Source of the DNA: Callorhinchus milii
Lineage: Eukaryota
Reading direction: 5' to 3'
NCBI RefSeq assembly: GCF_018977255.1
Contig: NW_024704771.1
Location: forward strand, 3,410,001 to 3,474,000
Length of the DNA: 64,000 nucleotides
The number at the start of each line of letters is the position of its first letter. Position 1 is the stretch's first letter. The position numbers were made by a program, and so were the translations under genes. The notes under the pieces were generated by a model. That model searched no databases and was not told the DNA's origin. It was given only the letters and a program-made list of their open reading frames with translations. Positions 57,517 through 64,000 of the stretch are shown here, piece after piece.

Positions 57517-60500
57517 CATAACATAACATGTAGGAGCAGGAGTAGGCCATTCGGCCCTTCGAGCCTGGCCCGCCATTCAATCATTGCTGATCTTCTAATC
57601 TAACTCCAGCTAATAACCTGACGCTGCCTTATCCCCATCTCCCTTAATATCTTTTGCAATTAGAAATCTATCTATCTCAGTCTTGAATATGTTCAAGGAC
57701 TGAGTGTCAACAGCCCTTTGGGGTAGTGAGTTCCATACATTCACTGCCCTTTGAGTGAAGAAGTTCTTCCTCAACTCAGTGCAAAAGGGCTGCCTCTGAT
57801 TTTAAGGTTGTGACCCCTGGTTTTAGTATCTCCAACCAGGGGAAACAATCTCCCACTATCTACTCTATTATGCCCTTTGATGATCTTATAGGTTTCTATA
57901 AGATCCCCTCTAATTCTTCTATATTCTAGAGAATATTGGCCCAAATTGGTCAGCCTATCCTCGTAACTCATCCCCTTCATCCCTGGCACTAACCTAGTAA
58001 ATCTACGCTGCACCCCCTCCAAGGCAAGTACATCCTTCCTTAAATGAGGAGACCAAAACTGCACACAGTATTCCAGGTGTGGTCTCACCAGGGCCCTATA
58101 CAGTTGCAGCAAGACTTCCCTACTCTTATACTCTAATCCTTTCATAATGAATGCTAACATACCGTTCGCCTTCCTAATTGCTGCTGCACCTGCAGACTAA
58201 CTTTCTGTGATTGGTGTACAAGGACACCCAAGTCCCTCTGGACGCTAACACATTCCAATCTCTCCCCTTCTAAAAAATAACCCGCTCTACTATTTTTGCT
58301 ACTTAGGTGGATGACTTCGCACTTCCCTACATTATACTTCATCTGCCACCTACCTGCCCAATCACCTAACCTATCTATGTCTCGCTGCATTTTTTTAACG
58401 TCGTCCTCTGTGTTGACACTTCCTCCTAGTTTTGTGACATCCACGAACTTAGATATATTAACTTCAATGTCCACATCAGATCGTTGATGTAGATGATAAA
58501 TAGCTGAGGCCGAAGGACTGATCCTTGTGGTACTCCACTAGTCACATCCCGCCAATCTGAAAAGGACCCGTTTATCCCTACTCTTTGTTTCCTACCCGTT
58601 AACCATTCCCCAATCCACGTTAATATGCTCCCCCAATTCCATGGGCCCTTATCTTTTGGACTAACCTTTTATGCGGCACCTTATCGAATGCCTTCTGGAA
58701 GTCCAAATAGACCACATCCACTGATTCATCCTTATCCAGTTTACTGGAAATATCCTCAAAAAACTCATGTTTGACAAATGAGATTTGTCAAACATGACTT
58801 CCCTTTTGTAAAGCCGTGTTGACTCGGCCTAATTATATTGTGCCCTAAATACCGCACTACCACATCCTTAATCAATGATTCTAAAAATTTTCCTATCACT
58901 GATGTGAGACTAACTGGTCTATAGTTTCCCATCTTCTCCTTTCCACCTTTTTTAAATAGTGGTGTGACATTTGCGATCTTCCAATCCATACTGTTCCAGA
59001 ATCCAAGGAATTTTGGAAGATCAGACATAAGGCCTCCACTATCTCATAAGCTCCTCTTTTAAAACCCTGGGATGCAAGCCATCCGGACCAGGGATTTGTC
59101 ACTTTTTAGTGCTTATTTCCCAGCACCAATTCTCTACTAATGAAAACTTCCCTAAGTTGCTCCCTGTCCTTATCCCTTTGGTGCATCTCTAGTGTTGGTA
59201 GACTTGTTGTGTCTTCTCGGGTGAAGACAGAGGCAAAGTACCCATTTAGGGACTCTGCCATTTCCTTGTCCCCCATTACAACTTCTCCCGTCTCTGACTG
59301 AAGTGGACCTACATTTACCCTCACTCGCCTATTCCTCTTAATGTATGTGTAAAAGCTTTTACAATCAGACGTAATGTTCCTAGCTCGCTTACCCTCATAC
59401 TCTCTTTTCTCGCTCTTAATGAGTCTTTTTAGTTTTATTTTGCTGGTTTCTAAAACTCTCCCAATCTTCAGATTTGCCGCTTTACTTGACAGTTTTTTAT
59501 AAGCCTTTTCTTTTAATTTGATGCTTTCCCTAACTGCTCTAGTTAGCCACGGATGAATTGCTTTCCCTGTGGTACTCTTATTCCGCAAGGGAATATGCGA
59601 CCACTGAGAATTTTGCACTACATCCTTAAATATTTGCCACTGTTCGTCTACATTTTTACCTCTTAATCTTATTCTACAGTCTATTTTACCTAAATCTTTC
59701 CTCATACCTACAAAATTAGCCTTATTTAAATTCAGAATAATTGCCTCGGATTTAACTATATCCCTCTCTAAGTTAATGCAGAATTCAATCATATTGTGAT
59801 CACTCTGCCCTAGAGGAGTCTTAATACCTACACTGCCAACTCGCCCTGTTTGGTTACACAAAACAACCCCCCCCCCCCCACCACCTCATTTCCCACAGAA
59901 TTTTCTTCAAATTACCTTCTCAAGTCATCTTGGCCTACTCTGCCGATGTCATTGGTACCTATGTGAAGTACTACCAAGGGATCCTTTCCTGTAAACTGGG
60001 AACCCTGGAATATTTAACTTCAGATCTCCTTGTAACCATGTTTCAGTGATGGCTACTAGATCGTACCCATGTGTGTCTATCTGTGCCTTTAGTTCATCAG
60101 TTTTATTTTGAATGCGTCGCGCATTCAGATATAACATTTTTAATTTCCTACCATTTCCTCTACTCTCTTGATTCCTTATCTACTTTGCCAAGCTTCTTAC
60201 CCCTAGTTAACATATTCCTATTATCTGGCATGCTATTCTGCACTGTCATCTTTACTTTTTCAAATGCAAAGCGTATGGTTTCTCTTACCTATATATTCCC
60301 TCCCCTTTACTAGTTTAAATTCCTATTTATTTCCCTGTTAATCCGTTTAGCTAGGACATTTGTCCCAGCACGATTTAAATGCAGCCCTTTTCTCCAAAAG
60401 AGCTCTCTTTTCCCCCAATATTCGGGCCAATGGCCCATAAAAAGAAACCCCTGAGTTCCGCACCACTCTATTAGCCAAGTGTTCAAGTCCTTAATTTTTT

Positions 60501-61620
60501 TTTCCCTATACCAATTGTAGTATGGTACAGGCAGTAGAACCGATATTACTACCTTCGATAATCTCGACTTCAATTTGGACCCCAGCTCTTCGAATTCCCT
60601 TCTCAAGTCATCTTGGCCTACTCTACCGATGTCATTGGTACCTATGTGAAGTACCACCAACTTGCCCTCATATTTTAAATTGTCCTCTAGCCCTGCCGAG
60701 ACATCCTTCACCCCGGCCCCAGGGAGGCAACAAAGCCTTCTGGTCTTCTGGTTGGTGTTGCAGATGATTGTGTCTGTCTGCCTAATAGTCTCGTCCCCAA
60801 TGACGACAACCTCTTTTGCCCCAGTGTTAGAGGTAGTTTTTCCTTCCACTTCACCGGCTTCCTTGTCAATACAAGTTCCAAGGATCTCATATCTGTTGTT
60901 CAAGGTTAATGCTGGATTTACTACTACTCTTTCCGTTGTCCTCCTGACTGTCCATTGACCTATCCTGACCATAATCAATGTTGAGTGTATGTTCCCTCAG
61001 GGGAGTGACTGGCTCCAGGATGTAGTCATTGTCTCTGATACTCCGCAGTGTCTGCACCTCAGATTCTGCCTCAGTTGCAGACATCTTCTGCAGATGTGAT
61101 CACCCGGGGTCAGACTGCCCTCCATCAGCTCCCACATGTCACACTCCTCACATAACACTTGCCAGGCCATTGTCACCTCTTCCAACCTGAGTAGGCCAAT
61201 CAACTTAAGTTAATTAGATTAAGTTAATTAAGTTTTAAGTCAATCAAGTTGATCCAATTAAGTTGATCAAGTTAACTTAACCCAATCAAGGTAAGTTGAT
61301 CAAGTCCGTGGTGTGTGCTGTGTTGATAGTTGTAAGTTTACAGTTGATACTGACGTCGCTCTGACGTCACTTTTTAAGTTTCTCGCTTTTTTTCCTCTGA
61401 CACGGCCTGACTGCTGCTCTCCTCGCTCTCGTGACGCTAACTGACTGCTGCTCTCCTCGCCCCTCGCTCTCGTGCCGCTGACTGACTGCTGCTCTCCTCG
61501 CCCCTCACCCCTCACTCTCGTGACGCTGACTGACTGCTGCTCTCCTCGCTGTGGCTTTATCCCCACTGCTCGGTCTGGGCTCCGTCCCTCGCTCTCGTGC
61601 CGCTGACTGGCTCTCGCGTG
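57517..61620 (-). mobile_element. Near full-length, decayed CR1 LINE (zinc-knuckle/esterase ORF1, frameshifted EN-RT ORF2)
   Basis: ORF1 C..C.MW...C..C and SGNH esterase (VVIGD, HIGTNDI, DGLHLN-like) at about 60310-61165; ORF2 pieces YLNARRI.NK..EL, SDHNMIEF, NYRPVSLTS, QHGFTKGKSCLTNL, HLEYCVQFWSP; (GTTAT)n tail. Confidence 0.93.
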
Positions 61621-61639
61621 ACATGTCGTGTCCGAAACT

Positions 61640-61870
61640 ATATACTGTATCCCCAAGATATCATTTCCTTTCAGGAATCTATCTAATTTGTTCTTGACAG
61701 AATCGACACTTTCTGCTTCCAGCATCTCCCTAGGGAGCCTGCTCCACAAGTTTACTATTCGCTCACTGAAGTAGTGTTTCCGCAGATCTGTTCTGAATTT
61801 ACCCCCTTCAATCGCAGACCGTGTCCTCTGGTTCTACTGTTCTGGACAAGATTAAACAGCTTATTATCAT
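61640..61870 (-). mobile_element. Older CR1 3' fragment; further small CR1 pieces at about 30215-30330, 35120-35260, 35645-35800, 45185-45365, 62335-62480
   Basis: WSRLPREMLEAESVDSVKNKLDRFL motif. Confidence 0.75.
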
Positions 61871-61879
61871 CTAGTCCCC

Positions 61880-62326
61880 CAGAGGATTGATTTCAAGATC
61901 CTCGTCCTCACCTACAAGGCCATTCACGGCCTTGCTCCCTCCTACCTCTCCAACCTACTATCCCCCTACCTACCTGCCCGTACCCTCCGTTCCTCTGGCT
62001 CCGGTCTGCTCCACGTCCCCCGCCCCAACCGCCCTACCATCGGTGGCCGGGCCTTCAGCCTCTCAGCCCCGAGGCTCTGGAACTCTATCCCCAGTGCCTT
62101 CGCCGCTTCCTCCCTTTCCTCCTTCAAGGCCGGTCTCAAGACCTTTCTCTTTGACCTTCAGCCTTCAGCTCCCCTCTCGACTCTCTTCCCCCTTCTCGCT
62201 CCCTCCCATCCCTCCCCTCACCCTGACCATTTCCCCCCTGCTCGGGTCATGACCCAACTGTGCAGCGTCTTGGGACGTCCTCCTGACGTGAAAGGCGCTT
62301 TATAAATGGAATCTTGTTGTTGTTGT
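61880..62326 (+). mobile_element. Young L2 LINE 3' end
   Basis: IDFKILVLTYKAIHGLAPSYLS...PTIGGRAFS...LWN; hairpin and (GTT)n tail. Confidence 0.9.
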
Positions 62327-62921
62327 AGTCCCTTCAGAATCTTAAAAACCAAAATCGTATTGCCCCTCAACCTTCTCTTCTCCAATGTGAACATACCTAA
62401 TCGCTCCTCATAGTCCAGTCACTCCATCCCTTGAATTATTCTGGTTGCCCTCCTCTGTATTCTCTCAATTGCTGCAATATCCGTTTTACAGCTGTCAATT
62501 TGCACAAACCAGTGGTCTACAAACATCCATGAAGTCCATGACCATTTTTAGCTGAATGTTTGTTGGTCAGTAAACAGGGAAAAGCTACTATTTTTGAAAA
62601 GTGCCTTGATTATAATAATATAATAATCCTTGTATTTCGTTTTGTGCGTTATCACGACATCGGGACATGTGGATTAAGGAAACTTGCCTAATAATAATAA
62701 TAATCCTTGATATAGCGCCTTATCATATCTTTTAGATGTCTCAAAGTGCTTCACAGAACATACTGTAAAGTGAATTGGCTGTATATTTTGTGGGCTAAGG
62801 TTTCGCCCCAACCCGGGTCCTCTCACTTGCGAGGCAAGCGTGCTAACCGCTACGCTAATACGACTCCACCATTTCTACACCTATTATAATCTAAAAGTAC
62901 GTCGGATTAATTATTACTTAC

Positions 62922-63008
62922 TGAGCTTTCCAAAGAAGAGCGAGAAAAGTCCTGCGATACACAGATAGACCATCACCACAACAGTGCTTTTGAATGTTAC
63001 CTCAGCAC
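62922..63008 (-). CDS. Candidate transmembrane exon (AEVTFKSTVVVMVYLCIAGLFSLFFGKL, phase 1 to 1)
   Basis: gttccag| acceptor, |gtaagt donor, only one open frame, which gives a clean TM helix. Confidence 0.5.
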
Positions 63009-63531
63009 CTGGAACATTACACTCGTTGACTGTGGACAGAATTATTATTGTCGGAATTAGACTCCAGAGATTTGTAGGTATTTACCTTGGGTTAAAGATA
63101 CAGAAATGGTGTTTCCAATGCATATCGTTTCATTTTAAATAATAAAATCAGGCAGATATCATTTTGAGTCGAGATCTGTCTGAAGGATTACTTTGTAATG
63201 GTCTTAATAATAATAATCCTTGAATTTGATACAGTGGCTTATCATGTTGTCGAGACATTTCAAAACACTTCACAGAATATACTGCAAAGTGTGGTGACTG
63301 TGTATTTTGAAGGCAAATGTAGCAGCCAACTGTGCACAACAGAGTCCAAAAACAGTCGTGGATTGAGTGACCAAATTAAAAATAAAATTTTGAAAAGCAT
63401 TTCAGAGCGCTTAACAATGGTGGAACCCACGGGGGCCACTGAAGTGGCTTTTTAGTCCCAAGAAACAGTATGGAGGACAGTGATGAGGATAATTCTCAGT
63501 ATTAATGGGATGATGGGAGGAAAATGCTTAC

Positions 63532-63658
63532 CATTTTGTCTTGCTTCGTAAATTGGAATACACGAAACCCCAGCAGCCAAGAGTCCATACACAAGGAAAA
63601 TATTGCGATGCACTGTTCAGTGAATATAATTTGAATAAAGGAATAACAATTAGTATAC
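63532..63658 (-). CDS. Candidate hydrophobic exon, frame unresolved
   Basis: ttcccccag| acceptor, |gtaagc donor, two open frames; neither joins 63008 directly. Confidence 0.35.
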
Positions 63659-64000
63659 CTGGGGGAATGCCTGTGAGGCATATAAACTGATGTTTTTGTC
63701 AATCTGTCAATCTATTCCTTATTTAATATAGTTTGTGGGACGCTGCTGTGCGCAATTGGCTGCCGCGTTTCGCCCACAAATATACGGTCAATTCACTTTA
63801 CAGCATATTCTGTGAAGCGCTTTGAGACTTCTAGAAGATGTGCAAAGCACTATATCAAATGCAAGGATTATTATTACTATTATAGTGCCTTATCACATCT
63901 TCGAGAAGTCTCAAAGTCTGTGTGCGAAACATGGAAAACAATTGCGCACACCCTAATCGTGGATGGAGTGACCAATTTTTTATTTAAATTCAATTAAAAT

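Noticed and set aside
63086-63179. - strand exon with the phase needed to join 63532 to 63008
   Set aside because: In-frame TGA at codon 7; the other frames are also closed.

Overview
Eukaryotic (vertebrate) genomic DNA, repeat-dense, with six N gaps. The tRNA-SINE/L2/CR1/DeuSINE repeat set suggests a cartilaginous fish, probably a holocephalan (inference). No rRNA, true tRNA or CRISPR features are supported. Genes reconstructed by hand from splice sites and phases: (1) the last three coding exons of TMEM143 (+); (2) a complete 7-exon GRWD1 (-, 438 aa), convergent with TMEM143; (3) an unidentified + strand gene with two well-supported exons (22180-22340, 23964-24193), possibly TIR-like; (4) a head-to-head pair of single-IgV receptor genes, the main finding; (5) a chain of phase-compatible - strand exons of an unidentified gene (48.5-63.7 kb). 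In the receptor pair, the + copy (33602-43899, 259 aa) has a neutral TM and two ITIM-type motifs (IVYAMI, MEYASI). The - copy (31420-25023) has an identical leader and a nearly identical CD2/CEACAM-type V domain, but a Lys in its TM segment, a stalk Cys and a remodelled, probably truncated tail. The V exon and the leader lie in two separate near-identical inverted tracts while the TM and tail exons are clearly diverged. This is the pattern expected of an inhibitory/activating paired receptor kept matched by gene conversion. Most long ORFs in the supplied track are translations of repeats.
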